Shown here: positions 28,835 to 39,430 of the stretch, piece after piece
How the letters are laid out: every line of letters starts with the position of its first letter
Numbering within the stretch: the first letter of the stretch is position 1
Assembly: GCA_965215335.1 (NCBI GenBank)
Contig: CBDCDA010000001.1
Span: forward strand, 1,696,001 to 1,760,000
Source of the DNA: an uncultured Candidatus Entotheonella sp.
GTDB taxonomy: Bacteria > Tectomicrobia > Entotheonellia > Entotheonellales > Entotheonellaceae
Direction of reading: 5' to 3'
DNA: 64,000 nucleotides
Translations under genes and position numbers: made by a program
The notes under the pieces: generated by a model
Told to the model about the DNA's origin: nothing
Databases searched by the model: none
What the model saw: only the letters and a program-made list of their open reading frames with translations

Positions 28835-30385
28835 TCAGTTGTTGATCCACTCCTTCATGAACCGCTCGTAGCACTCGCGCGCGCCGGGCATCTTCACCCA
28901 GCCGGCGAGTTGGCGGGCGGTGGCGAGGAGCAGGCGCTCGCGCAGGTGGGTCGAGTTGTTGCAATACTCCTCGAAGGTGGAGTGGGTGATCTTCTGATTG
29001 TGCGGGTCGTCCTGGAATTTGCAGGCGGTGACGGCCACCGTGGCCATGTAGGCTTTGCGGTCGGCGCCGGATTTGAGGTAGGCACTGGCTAGCGCGGTGG
29101 TGCGCGGCACGTCGAGCGCCAGGATCGACTCGTCAAGCTCGGTCAGCAGTTCGCTGGCGGTGCGGCCCGAGAAGTCGAAGGGGGCGATTTCCTGTTCCAT
29201 CACCGGCGTTGACAGTCCGTTGCAGCGCGCCGAATCGTTGACGAAATTCGCCATCAGGTACAGCGCCCGCGGCTGGTATGGGTTGTCGCTGGTGCGGAAC
29301 CAGTAATTGACCACGTTGCAGTAATCGAAGGCGTGCTGCGCATTGGTGAACTGCCGCGGCACCGTGGTTCGCAGGATCAGCTCGGCGGCGCCGACCTGGA
29401 TGGTGTCGCCGAGGCTCTTCAGCGACTTGCCGTTGCGCAAGTGGTCGGTGACCAGGTCCCAGATGGTCTGGCCGTCGGCCGCCATGAGCAGCCGCACCAT
29501 CTCCTCGCTCTCCGCCGGGGTGAGCGGTTCGCAGTTCGTCTGCTTGAGGCTCTTGCCGGCGTCCTCGAAGGCGTCGGTGAGGGTTACGCAGGCGGCGTCG
29601 TAGAGCGCGTAATACAGCGGCCCGATGGCCATGTCCGGCACGCCGATGTAGTACACGCCGTGGGCGCGCTCCCAGCCGATGAACTTGGCCAGGTCCGTCG
29701 TCGCGCGGGCGCGCAGCGCCTTGTGGCCGGTGTTGCGCGCCTTGCGGCCGATGATCGTGTCTTGCAGGTCGATAATGCCGAGAAAGAGTTGCTGATCCCG
29801 CAACAGAGGCCGGGTCTGCTCGTCTGCCGCCAGGCCGAGATAAAGGCCATAGGAGCGTTTCACGTCGCCGCTCATGGTGGCGATCATGTGCTCGTGCAGC
29901 CGTTCTTCGACCGATCCGCTGGTGACGATTGGCTCCTGATCCGCATTCCACACCACCGGGTCCTTGGCCGTGGGCGGTACCTCCAGCCCCTTCATCATGG
30001 CGTAGCGGCCAGGATACTGCCCGAGCAGCTGGTTCCAGATATCGAGACCCGCCGGGATGTACCAGACACTCTGCAGCAGCGGCAGCAGGCGATACGCCTC
30101 CGGCACGAAGCACATGAGGCTCACCGAGGTGCGCAGGCCGAGAATCGTATGGTCGTTGTTGATCAGCGTGATCTGGCCGTCGCGCACGTTGATGTGGCTG
30201 GGCACCTGCACGAAGGGCGCCTCCGCCGCCGTCATCACGCTGAGCGCCTCGCCCACCGAGTGCCCGTGCCGGGCCACCATCTTGAAGAACAGATCGGTGG
30301 TACGGGGTTGATCGCGCTCCAGGATGGCGTTGGTGAGCGCCTCAAAGCTGGGATCCTGGCAAATCTCGTCTCGGGTCAATAGCAT
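28835..30385 (-). CDS. Uncharacterised 516-aa helical protein with repeated His motifs
   Basis: Long ORF with host-like codon use and GGAGG RBS; NDHTIL, TGHKAL, AQHAFD, DPHNQK. Confidence 0.85.
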   Translation of the reverse strand: MLLTRDEICQDPSFEALTNAILERDQPRTTDLFFKMVARHGHSVGEALSVMTAAEAPFVQVPSHINVRDGQITLINNDHTILGLRTSVSLMCFVPEAYRLLPLLQSVWYIPAGLDIWNQLLGQYPGRYAMMKGLEVPPTAKDPVVWNADQEPIVTSGSVEERLHEHMIATMSGDVKRSYGLYLGLAADEQTRPLLRDQQLFLGIIDLQDTIIGRKARNTGHKALRARATTDLAKFIGWERAHGVYYIGVPDMAIGPLYYALYDAACVTLTDAFEDAGKSLKQTNCEPLTPAESEEMVRLLMAADGQTIWDLVTDHLRNGKSLKSLGDTIQVGAAELILRTTVPRQFTNAQHAFDYCNVVNYWFRTSDNPYQPRALYLMANFVNDSARCNGLSTPVMEQEIAPFDFSGRTASELLTELDESILALDVPRTTALASAYLKSGADRKAYMATVAVTACKFQDDPHNQKITHSTFEEYCNNSTHLRERLLLATARQLAGWVKMPGARECYERFMKEWINN

Positions 30386-30466
30386 CGTTTTCCTCCGAAT
30401 AATCGGGATTGGGTGACGCCCGCAAGCACTGCGCGTCGGATTGGCGACAACGTCATCCGACGTTCC

Positions 30467-31543
30467 CTAGCCGAGCCGGTCCGCAAGCCCGAGCTCGCCG
30501 GTGATGCCGCGGAACCAGTCGATGACTTCCGGGTGATACGGAATACCCCTCTCAAGGCGCTCGGTTTCTTCTTCGTGCTCCAGCAAGCCGGCGTAGACCA
30601 CGCGGTCGTGCCCCGGCGCCGTTGGCGAATCCAGCAGGCCGCGCAGGTACTCGTCCATGTCCTGCTTGAAGACGGCCACGTCGCCGAAGGCGCTGATCTT
30701 GTACGCCAGAAAGTGGTGGGATGGGTCCTGACGCCGGAACGGCCCGGCGCCGCTGTTGCCGAGAACCCCGCAGAGGATTTCGAGCATCATGGCGAGCGAA
30801 TAGCCCTTGTGGGCGCCGATCTCGCGGGTGCCACCGAGCGGCAGCACCATCCACTCCTGCGGGATGGGGCCTTCGTCCATGATCGGCGTGCCGTCCTTTT
30901 CGCTGATCCAGCCGGGCAGAATCGAGACGCCAAGGCGCTGCGCGAGCTGGATTTTGTTGCCGGCCACGGAACTCATCGAGGCATCGAAAATGAATGGCGC
31001 CTCGCGGCCGGCCGGCGCCGCCACGCCCAGCGGGTTGAGGCCGACCATCGGTTTGGCACCGTGCACCGGCACCAGCGCGAGGCCGCCGGTGGTCATGGCC
31101 AGGCCGATCATGTCGTGCTCCAGAGCCAGGCCGGCGTGATACGCCGCGGCGCCGAAGTGGGCACCGTTGGTCACGGTGACGGCGCCGATGCCGTAGCGCT
31201 CGGCACGCTCGATAGCCATGTTCATGGCCTGCGGACCGATTACCAGGCCGTGGCCGCGGTCCGAATCCATCGTCGCCACGGCGGCGGCTTCGTGCAGGAT
31301 CTTCGGCTCCGGCGTCGGGTTGATGACGCTCTCCCGGAACCACGTGACGTACAGGCGCATCATGTTGGAGACGCCGTGCGACTCGATGCCGCGCAGGTCG
31401 GCGTACATGAGGACGTCAGCCGCCTGCCGCGCATCGGCCTCCGGCATGCCCATCTCCTGAAAGATGGCTTCCACCGTCACCCGCATCTCTTCCTGCGGGA
31501 CGCGCACGGCGACGTCTTCCGGGACGTGAAATCGTTCTAGCAT
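30467..31543 (-). CDS. Ldh_2 (malate/L-lactate/sulfolactate-type) oxidoreductase
   Basis: ADLRGIESHGV, NGAHFGAA, GLNPL, GAHKGYSL. Confidence 0.92.
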   Translation of the reverse strand: MLERFHVPEDVAVRVPQEEMRVTVEAIFQEMGMPEADARQAADVLMYADLRGIESHGVSNMMRLYVTWFRESVINPTPEPKILHEAAAVATMDSDRGHGLVIGPQAMNMAIERAERYGIGAVTVTNGAHFGAAAYHAGLALEHDMIGLAMTTGGLALVPVHGAKPMVGLNPLGVAAPAGREAPFIFDASMSSVAGNKIQLAQRLGVSILPGWISEKDGTPIMDEGPIPQEWMVLPLGGTREIGAHKGYSLAMMLEILCGVLGNSGAGPFRRQDPSHHFLAYKISAFGDVAVFKQDMDEYLRGLLDSPTAPGHDRVVYAGLLEHEEETERLERGIPYHPEVIDWFRGITGELGLADRLG

Positions 31544-31633
31544 CGTGGAGCCTCATGGGGTGCGGGTTGTGAAACGCCGGCGGGTATCGGTCAGCGGCGG
31601 CCCAGAATAGAGGAATCGCCCCCGCGGGTCAAA

Positions 31634-32500
31634 TCAGCGCATCAGTTCGGCCAACGCTCGCCGTTGCGCCTCGGGCAGGGCGGCGAGATAAGCCATGAAG
31701 CGCTCCTCGATCCACGTTGCCCGCACGCCGCCCACGAAATCGCTGACCAGCGCCTTCGAGTGGCCGCCGAAATACCCCGTCGTGATGACGCCAACGTACG
31801 AGCCGTCCGGCGTGAATACGCCGCCGCCGCTCATGCGCCCGGCCGCCGATGCCTGCACGATGAACTGTCTGTCCGCGTCGTACTGCGGGTCGTGCCCGCG
31901 GGCTTCTGCTTCGGAAAGCACCCGGCCCAGCGAATACATCAGCGCCAGATTGCCGACCGCCGGCGCACCCATCAGCAGGACTTCCTGGCCCGCCTGGACG
32001 CTCGCCACGCCGGGCAATCCTGCCTCGGTGACGCGCCAGCCACGCTCGCGGGACGCCGGTTCGCCGTCCTCGACGAACGCAAGGGCAAAATCCTTGTCGC
32101 GAGGCACCTCCTGCTCGTATTCCTGTGGCGTGATCGGCGGGGCAAACAGCACGCGGAGCCGCTGCTGCGCCGCTCCCGCCGGCCACAGGACCTCATAAGG
32201 CAGCACGTGCGCCGCGGTCACCAGCACGGCGGCACCCCGTTGGGTGCGGTACAAAACGACGCCGGACCCCTGCCCCACGTCCACCAGGCGCTCGTGTACG
32301 TTGCGCACCCGGTCGTGATCGGGATGTTCGGGCACCGCCAGGACGGCGGCGACGGACCGCAGCCCCTTGTGGTCGAACCGGGCGCTGAGGTCATCGAGAA
32401 CGGCGGGGTCGATCCGAAACGCCGGCTCGTCGGCGGGGGCTGGCGCCGGCGCCAGAAACACGGCGGCCAGACTCAGGATGAGGAACGGGACGAGACGCAC
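31634..32500 (-). CDS. Secreted trypsin-like serine protease
   Basis: Signal peptide; VTAAHV, KDFAL, GRMSGGGV catalytic triad. Confidence 0.85.
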   Translation of the reverse strand: MRLVPFLILSLAAVFLAPAPAPADEPAFRIDPAVLDDLSARFDHKGLRSVAAVLAVPEHPDHDRVRNVHERLVDVGQGSGVVLYRTQRGAAVLVTAAHVLPYEVLWPAGAAQQRLRVLFAPPITPQEYEQEVPRDKDFALAFVEDGEPASRERGWRVTEAGLPGVASVQAGQEVLLMGAPAVGNLALMYSLGRVLSEAEARGHDPQYDADRQFIVQASAAGRMSGGGVFTPDGSYVGVITTGYFGGHSKALVSDFVGGVRATWIEERFMAYLAALPEAQRRALAELMR

Positions 32501-32540
32501 AACGCGTACCTTTCGCCGCTTGGGGCCGGGCCATCCGGCG

Positions 32541-35480
32541 TCACGCCAGCAGCGCCAGCAGGTCCGCGCGCGTCATGGCGGCAGCACCGGCGGTGTCGGC
32601 CAGCGCCACGTCGGCCAGCGCCCGCTTGTGTTGTTGCAATGCGAGGATGCGCTCCTCCACCGTGTCCCGCGCCACCAGACGGTGTACCAGCACCGGGCGG
32701 GTCTGGCCAATGCGATGGGCGCGGTCGGCGGCCTGGTCCTCAACCGCGGGGTTCCACCATGGATCCAGCAGGAAGACGTGGTCGGCAGCGGTGAGATTGA
32801 GGCCGGTGCCGCCGGCGCGCAAGGAAATGAGCATGACCGGTGGACCGTCCGCGCCCTGGAAGTCCCGCACCACCTCGGCGCGCCGGCGCGTTTGGCCGTC
32901 CAGACGGGCGAAGGCGATGTCGGCGGCGCGCAAGTGGGGCTCGACACGATCCAGCAGGGCGGTCCATTGGGAAAACACCAGCGCCTTGTGGCGGTCGGCG
33001 ACCGCCTCGCCGAGTACCTCCAGAAGCAATTCCACCTTGGCCGAGGTGGCGGCGTTCTGGCTTGGCACCAGGCCGCTGTGGCAGCAGGCCTGGCGCAGCC
33101 GCAGCAACGCCTCGAACGCCGCCATGACATTGCCCCCGGCCTCCAGACGGGCCACCACGTCATTCAGGGTGGCGGCGCGCACCGCGTCATACACGATGCG
33201 TTCGGCGTCGCTGAGTTCGCAGTGCAGCACCCGTTCCGTGCGCGCCGGCAGTTCCGGCGCCACTTCCCCCTTGCTGCGTCGCAGGATGAACGGCCGGATG
33301 CGCTCCCGCAGCCGCTCGGCCGCTTGCGGCTCACCGCTGGCGATGGGCTGGGCGTAGCGGTCCTGATAATCCTGCCGACCGCCGAGCAGGCCGCGGTTCA
33401 GAAAATGGAACTGGCTCCACAATTCGTCAAGGCGATTCTCGACCGGCGTGCCGCTCAGCGTGAGGCGAAACGCGGCACGCAGTTCAAAGGCCGCCTGCGC
33501 CACCTGGCTGTCGGGGTTCTTGATGTTCTGAGCCTCGTCGAGCACCACCGTGTCCCAGCTTTGCTGCGCCAGACGATCGCTGTCCAGACGAAGAATGGCG
33601 TACGTGGTCAGGGTGACGTCGGCCCCGGTGTCCAGGCGGCGCTGCGGACCGTGGTACAGCGATTGGCGCAGCGCCGGACGGAAGCGGCGGATTTCGTCGC
33701 CCCAGTGCGACAGCACGCTGGTGGGCGCCACCACCAGCGTGCGGCCGCGCACGGCGCACAGGGCCTGCAGGGTTTTGCCGAGCCCCATGTCGTCCGCCAG
33801 CATGCCGCCGAGCCCGGCTTGCCGGATGAAGACCAGCCAGTTGACGCCGCTGCGCTGGTAGGATCGCAGTGTGGCCTGCACGTCGTCGGGCAGCGGCGCT
33901 TCGGGAATGCCGGCGAAGTCCTCCACGAGGGTGCGCAGCGCGTCGAACTCCGGCGGTGGTGGCTGCTCCAGCGATTCGCACAGGCGCGCCAGGTCGGGCA
34001 GGACGAATGGGGGCAGTGCGCCGCCAGCGTTACGTGCCGCCAGCAGGTCGGCTACCCGATGACCGAACTGCTCCAACCATTCACGCGGCAGGGGCGCCCA
34101 GCCACCGCCGGACAACGGCACCAGCGACTCTCCGTCCCGCCAGGCGCGCAGTACCGCGGCGGCATCCACGCGCCGCGCGGGGCCTCCGGACGCGGTCGGT
34201 GCGGAGTCGAACCACATCTCGAAGTGTTGGAAATCAAGCCGCCCCTGCGGCACCAACGGCGGCGCCAGTTCAAAGGCGGTGTGCCCGCCGCCGCGTATTT
34301 CGCCACGCCATGCCTTGAGGCGCATGGCGACCCGCACCGCCGCCGCGCCGGTGTATTGTGCCTTGCGACCGGGGACGAGCCGCATCGTCTGCCGGAGTTG
34401 CCGCACCAGGCGTGCTTCCGCACGCCCGTCACGTTTCGGCAGCGGTCCTTGCAGGTGTACCAGGCGGTCGGCATCGACGCGGGCTAACGCTGGTTGACCG
34501 TAAACCAGGGTCGGCAGTACGGTCAGGGCGTCGCCTTCGCGGTGCACGTCCAGCACGATACGCGGCGGTTCCTGCACCACCCGCGGCAGGCGCCGCGTGC
34601 GCACCTGCACCGGCAGACGTTTTTCCAGGGACGGCAGGATATCGCTGAGCAGTTCGGTGAGTTGATCGTGGGTGAAATGACGCCCTGCATGGAGGTCGGC
34701 GCGTTCGCGGGCGGTGAGGCCGGGGTTGGCAACGGGCCGCAGCGTATCGCCGCACCGCACCACGCCGTTGCCAAACGCCTCGGTGATGGCCGGGTCGCGC
34801 TCGATAAACAGCCGGAAGCCATCGCCCTGATCCTCCAGGCAGACCTGCAGACCGATGGGCTTGGCGAGGATTCTGACAGGGCTGCCATCCAGCTTTGTGT
34901 CAGGCCCCACTGGCCCTGCCAGCGCTGCCAGCAGCTTCCTCATCACCTCGCGCGGCAGGCGCCCGCGCCGGTGTACGCCCAGCGCTGCCTCGACCGCCAG
35001 ATCGGCCGGCGTGGCCGCCACCGCGATGGATACCCGGCCCTGGAAGCGCAGGCCGCCGGGCCTGGTGAGGCTCAACGACAGCGGCGATTCCAGAATTTGT
35101 TGGCGGCCGTTGTAGACGACGCAGCGCTCGAAGCTCAGAGCGCCCCGCGAACGCGCGAACGCATAGCGCAGCCGGCCGCTGGCCTGCTGCGCTGCCGGCA
35201 GGGACTTGCCCTCCTGCCGGGCGCGCCGGAAGGCAATCACCGCCGCAGCAACGTGCGCGCATACCGCCTCGTGGTGGCCGCAATCGCACAACCAATCCTG
35301 GTCGTCGGGCCACAGCGTGACGGTGGGTTGCACGGCCTTGTCTCGCGTTGCCACCTTGAAGACGATTTCCTCGTCGTCCGCTCGCTCGCTGAGCACGGCG
35401 TTGGCGCGGGCGAACTCCACGCCGCGCGACCAGACGTGCGGCAAGCAAGCCTGGCGCACGGCGTCGAACAGTGCTTGCAT
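32541..35480 (-). CDS. SWIM zinc finger-SNF2 family helicase
   Basis: CDC...[38 protein letters not shown]. Confidence 0.95.
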   Translation of the reverse strand: MQALFDAVRQACLPHVWSRGVEFARANAVLSERADDEEIVFKVATRDKAVQPTVTLWPDDQDWLCDCGHHEAVCAHVAAAVIAFRRARQEGKSLPAAQQASGRLRYAFARSRGALSFERCVVYNGRQQILESPLSLSLTRPGGLRFQGRVSIAVAATPADLAVEAALGVHRRGRLPREVMRKLLAALAGPVGPDTKLDGSPVRILAKPIGLQVCLEDQGDGFRLFIERDPAITEAFGNGVVRCGDTLRPVANPGLTARERADLHAGRHFTHDQLTELLSDILPSLEKRLPVQVRTRRLPRVVQEPPRIVLDVHREGDALTVLPTLVYGQPALARVDADRLVHLQGPLPKRDGRAEARLVRQLRQTMRLVPGRKAQYTGAAAVRVAMRLKAWRGEIRGGGHTAFELAPPLVPQGRLDFQHFEMWFDSAPTASGGPARRVDAAAVLRAWRDGESLVPLSGGGWAPLPREWLEQFGHRVADLLAARNAGGALPPFVLPDLARLCESLEQPPPPEFDALRTLVEDFAGIPEAPLPDDVQATLRSYQRSGVNWLVFIRQAGLGGMLADDMGLGKTLQALCAVRGRTLVVAPTSVLSHWGDEIRRFRPALRQSLYHGPQRRLDTGADVTLTTYAILRLDSDRLAQQSWDTVVLDEAQNIKNPDSQVAQAAFELRAAFRLTLSGTPVENRLDELWSQFHFLNRGLLGGRQDYQDRYAQPIASGEPQAAERLRERIRPFILRRSKGEVAPELPARTERVLHCELSDAERIVYDAVRAATLNDVVARLEAGGNVMAAFEALLRLRQACCHSGLVPSQNAATSAKVELLLEVLGEAVADRHKALVFSQWTALLDRVEPHLRAADIAFARLDGQTRRRAEVVRDFQGADGPPVMLISLRAGGTGLNLTAADHVFLLDPWWNPAVEDQAADRAHRIGQTRPVLVHRLVARDTVEERILALQQHKRALADVALADTAGAAAMTRADLLALLA

Positions 35481-35507
35481 CCGGTGCAGACTCCTTTCCT
35501 GCTCCGC

Positions 35508-35825
35508 TCAGGGCTGCGGTGCGAAATCGGGCGACAGCATCAACCAGGTTTTCTGCGACACGATGAGCGATTGCACGCGCGGAATGTAGTCCTGCTTCCA
35601 CTCCTCCGAGCTGGTGACCTTGGCCTTGGCCTCCGCCATGTGGGCGTGGTCGCGGTAGGCCCAGATGTGCACCACCTGGTTGAGCTCGCCGATGTCGCTG
35701 TAATACCAGCCGGCCAGCTTGATGCCGTGCTTCAGGCGCAGCGGCAGCGCCACGTCCTTGACGGCAGCCATGTAGTCGGGAACAGCGCCGGGTTTCAGCG
35801 TGTACATGCGAAAATCGTAGATCAT
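35508..35825 (-). CDS. NIPSNAP family protein
   Basis: MIYDFRMYTLKPG, IGELNQVVHIWAY. Confidence 0.9.
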   Translation of the reverse strand: MIYDFRMYTLKPGAVPDYMAAVKDVALPLRLKHGIKLAGWYYSDIGELNQVVHIWAYRDHAHMAEAKAKVTSSEEWKQDYIPRVQSLIVSQKTWLMLSPDFAPQP

Positions 35826-36293
35826 GGGCGGGGTTCCTTTTTGGAAAAATTAGCAAAGGTATTCTTGATTCCGCCAGCATATTGACGCGGGTCGGATCGG
35901 TCAACTCGCAAGCGTCGAATCCACGGAACTTGTGCAGTCGGAGGGGCGCCGGATCTTGTCGTTCCTCGCGTTCATGGCCATCCGGTTGCCCTGCGATCAC
36001 GGGTCCTTTGGCAGGCAACCCTGCGAACTCTGTCAAACGTCGGGTCTTTCAGGTCGGCAGGACCGAAGCGGGTCAAGCCATTGCGAAAAACGCATGGCAG
36101 CAGAGGGGCAGTCGGGACCGTGACGCCTGTCGTAATGGGTTGCCGGGCCGGGCGCAACGAAACCGGCTGCCCCGAGATGAGGTGCCTGGTGCTCGCACGG
36201 CTCGGTTTCAAAGCCGATTGCGCGCGGGTATAATGCCCCGTCGCAGGCGCGGCAGTGCCGCGTAACCATTCAACATCCCGAAGGAACCCCACC

Positions 36294-37631
36294 TTGAAAA
36301 TCACCATCATCGGCATCGGCTATGTCGGCGCCGTGGTCGCATCCGGGCTGGCTGCCGCCGGTCACTCCGTCCTGGGCATCGACATCGACCGCGGACGCCT
36401 GGCAACCCTGCAGGCTGGCAGGATTCATCTCTACGAACCGGGCCTGGAGGCCCGCGTTGCCGAGGGGGTGCGCAACGGCCAGTTGCGTTTTCTGCATCGC
36501 GACGAAGTGGACGAGCCGTTGGGCGCCGCCGCCATCATTACCACCGGAACGCCGCCGATGGAGAGCGGCGCCGCCGACCTCAGCCAGATCAAATCGGCCG
36601 TGGGCTGGATCAAGGCCAGGGCGTCCCGGAATCTGGTCGTGGTGATGAAGAGCACCGTGCCGCCCGGCGTTGGCCAGCGCCTGTTGCAAAACGACTTGCG
36701 GGGAACGGGAATCCGCTACGCCTCGAATCCCGAGTTTCTGCGCGAAGGGCGGGCGGTGGCCGACTGGGACGCCCCTGATCGCATCGTCATCGGCGCCGAA
36801 CCGGGCGACGACCACGCCGTTGCCGTTGTCAGATGCATGCACGCCGGCATCGACGCGCCACACATGGCCACCGACATCACCAGCGCCGAAATGGTCAAAT
36901 ACGCCAGCAACGCCTTTCTCGCCACGCGCGTCTCCTTTATCAACGAAATCGCCTTGCTATGCGACCGCATCGGCGCTTCCATCGATGCCGTCAGCGAGGG
37001 GCTGGCGATGGACGCGCGCGCTGGCGCCCGCATTTACGCCGGGGTGGGCTACGGTGGCTCGTGTTTCCCCAAGGACGTGCGCGCCTTGGATTACCTGGCG
37101 CTGACCAGCGGCGTGAGCGTCGATTTGCTGCGCTCGGTCATCAACGTCAACAACCGCCAGCGCATGCTGCCGCTGCACGCCCTGCGACAGCGTTTCAGGG
37201 GCGCTCTGCACGGCGTGAGCATTGGCATCCTGGGACTGGCGTTCAAGCCGGAAACAGACGACGTGCGAGACGCACCAGCCTTGCCGCTGATCCGAGAACT
37301 GGTGGACGAGGGTGTACAGGTTCTGGCGTTCGACCCGCAGGCCAACCGTACCGCCCGCCGTCTGCTGCCCGCCGCCGTGCGTATGGCCGCTAGTCCCGTC
37401 GAAGCCGCCGATGGGGCACAGGCGGTGGTTCTGCTCACCGAGTGGCCGCAGATCGTCCGGGCCGAATGGCCGTGCATCGCCGAGGCCATGCGCCCGCCCC
37501 GCCTGCTTTTCGACGGCCGCAACGCGCTGGATGCCGACGCCATGCGGGCGCTGGGCTTCGAATACGCGGGCGTCGGGCGCCAGGGCTTGCCCATCCAACA
37601 ACGCGTCGTGGAAGGACTGGGAGCACCATGA
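36294..37631 (+). CDS. ugd: UDP-glucose 6-dehydrogenase
   Basis: TTG start; GIGYVG, KSTVPPG, NPEFLREG, GYGGSCFPKD. Confidence 0.92.
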   Translation: MKITIIGIGYVGAVVASGLAAAGHSVLGIDIDRGRLATLQAGRIHLYEPGLEARVAEGVRNGQLRFLHRDEVDEPLGAAAIITTGTPPMESGAADLSQIKSAVGWIKARASRNLVVVMKSTVPPGVGQRLLQNDLRGTGIRYASNPEFLREGRAVADWDAPDRIVIGAEPGDDHAVAVVRCMHAGIDAPHMATDITSAEMVKYASNAFLATRVSFINEIALLCDRIGASIDAVSEGLAMDARAGARIYAGVGYGGSCFPKDVRALDYLALTSGVSVDLLRSVINVNNRQRMLPLHALRQRFRGALHGVSIGILGLAFKPETDDVRDAPALPLIRELVDEGVQVLAFDPQANRTARRLLPAAVRMAASPVEAADGAQAVVLLTEWPQIVRAEWPCIAEAMRPPRLLFDGRNALDADAMRALGFEYAGVGRQGLPIQQRVVEGLGAP

Positions 37632-38395
37632 AGATCGCCTATTTTGACTGCTTTTCGGGAATCAGCGGTGACATGACGCTGGGAGCGCTGGTGGATGCTG
37701 GCGTGGATCTGGCGGCCATCCGCGAGGATCTGGCCAAGCTGCCGGTGACGGGATACCGGTTGGAGGCGCGGGTGGTCAAGCGCGGCGGCCTGCGGGGTAC
37801 CAAGGTGGACGTGGTCGTGGACGAGGCGGCGCAACCGGCGCGACGCTATACCGACATCGCGGCGATGATTTCCGAAAGCGAATTGGAGCCCGAGGTGCGG
37901 AAGCGGGCGTTGGCGATCTTTCGTCGCCTGGGGGAGGTGGAAGCGCACCTGCACGACGAACCGCTGGACGCGATTCACTTTCACGAGGTGGGCGCGGTGG
38001 ATTCGATCGTCGACGTGGTGGGCGTGGCCATTGGCGCTCACGCCCTGGGGCTTGCGGGCGCGGTCGCCTCGCCGGTCAACGTCGGCCACGGCGCGGTGCA
38101 CACCTCGCACGGTCTGCTGCCGGTTCCCGCCCCCGCCACCCTGGCCTTGCTCAAGGGCTATTCGGCATACGCCGGCGACACCCGGCTGGAATTGACCACC
38201 CCCACCGGCGCGGCGATTCTTGCCACCCTCGCCGACCGCTTCGGACCGCTGCCGCGCATGACCATCGAGCGCATCGGCTATGGCGCCGGCAACCGCGATT
38301 TTCCCTCAGGCCCCAACCTGCTGCGCCTCGTCGTCGGCGAGGCGCCAGCCGACACGGCGTCGGACCACACCCACGGCCACCATCATCACGCCTGA
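37628..38395 (+). CDS. larC: Nickel insertion protein LarC, N-terminal half only
   Basis: YFDCFSGISGDMTLGAL, HFHEVGAVDSI, HGLLPVPAPAT, ELTTPTG; ends HTHGHHHHA. Confidence 0.88.
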   Translation: MKIAYFDCFSGISGDMTLGALVDAGVDLAAIREDLAKLPVTGYRLEARVVKRGGLRGTKVDVVVDEAAQPARRYTDIAAMISESELEPEVRKRALAIFRRLGEVEAHLHDEPLDAIHFHEVGAVDSIVDVVGVAIGAHALGLAGAVASPVNVGHGAVHTSHGLLPVPAPATLALLKGYSAYAGDTRLELTTPTGAAILATLADRFGPLPRMTIERIGYGAGNRDFPSGPNLLRLVVGEAPADTASDHTHGHHHHA

Positions 38396-38534
38396 CGGTT
38401 TCTCGAAAGATTTGCCCGTGGATGGGCTCCAGATGCGCCAAGGATCGTACCATCAATCCATGGGACCATACACTTGACACTCCGAGACGGTCCGCTGTAC
38501 CTTGCGGTCGAGACCCCTTTGCACCGGCATCGAT

Positions 38535-38873
38535 TCACGGCTTGGCAGCCCGCCGGCCGCTCACCAGGTGCATGTGCACGTGGTCCACGATCTGACCGCC
38601 GCCCCGTCCGACGTTCACCTGCAGGCGATACCCCTGTTCGACGATACCCCACCACGCCGCCAGCCGCTTGGCGACCACGAACAGCCGCCCCATCAGTTCG
38701 GTGTGCTGCGCCTCGTCGATGTCGTTGACGGTGGCGACGTGCGCCCTGGGCACCAGCAGGACGTGAATCGGCGCGGTGGGGTTGATGTCCTTGAAGACGA
38801 GAATCTCGTCATCCTCGTGAACCACGTCAGCGGGCTGACGCCTGGCGATGATTTCACAGAAAATGCACGACAT
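38535..38873 (-). CDS. Histidine triad (HIT) nucleotide-binding protein
   Basis: MSCIFCEI, DINPTAPIHVL, GQIVDHVHMHL. Confidence 0.93.
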   Translation of the reverse strand: MSCIFCEIIARRQPADVVHEDDEILVFKDINPTAPIHVLLVPRAHVATVNDIDEAQHTELMGRLFVVAKRLAAWWGIVEQGYRLQVNVGRGGGQIVDHVHMHLVSGRRAAKP

Positions 38874-38890
38874 GATTGCCGGCCTGTCCC

Positions 38891-39430
38891 CTACGCGTCC
38901 TGCTCTTCGAGCAGCAGGCTGACCACCTGCGGCACGATCTCCCGCGCGCGCTGGTCCAGTTCCTCGTCCGTGAGATTGGCAATCGGGTGCGGCATGCGCA
39001 GGAACTTGTAATCGGGAACGCCCCACGCCTGCGCCATGGCCTGGCCGGTGGCCTCGAATACGTCGGTGACGATGGCGGCGGCGGGAACGCCGAGCTTTTC
39101 AAAGAGAATGCCGTCGAGCACACTGCCCGAGCTGCACGAGCCTCAGTCGCCCACCCCGGCGACCACCACGTCGCAGCCGGCGCCGAACTCGTCGAGAATC
39201 TCCTGGTGCGCCGGCACGCTGGAGTTGTGCTTGCTGCGCATGATCGAGCTCTTGGCCCCGTATTCCCGCTCCAGGATCACGCCGATGCGGCGCAGCAGCT
39301 GGTCCGAGTTGAACTTGGTATTTTCCACCAGGCCGATGCGCGCGTTGCGCAGCGAATCGGGCCGCGGTACATAGGCCAGCGTCTGCTGCTCGGCCTCGGT
39401 GGTGGGATCGAACACCTGGAAGGTTCCCAT
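38891..39430 (-). CDS. UGSC-family selenoprotein (in-frame TGA at 39145-39143 read as Sec)
   Basis: ...VVAGVGD-TGA-GSCSSGSVLDGILFEKLGVPA...: two track ORFs join in frame across a single TGA. Confidence 0.85.

Noticed and set aside
28808..28835. In-frame TGA in ATG-GCG-AAC-GAT-GCC-GAC-TGA-GGA before the PNPOx fragment as a second Sec codon
   Set aside because: No redox motif; better explained by the MPTEEM start in another frame plus an internal deletion
32541..35480. SNF2 helicase as part of a defence island
   Set aside because: SWIM-SNF2 is a widespread housekeeping-type architecture and its neighbours are not defence genes
35830..36290. 460-bp intergenic region as a possible riboswitch or ncRNA
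   Set aside because: Divergent promoter region (TATAAT near 36230); no recognisable conserved RNA motif
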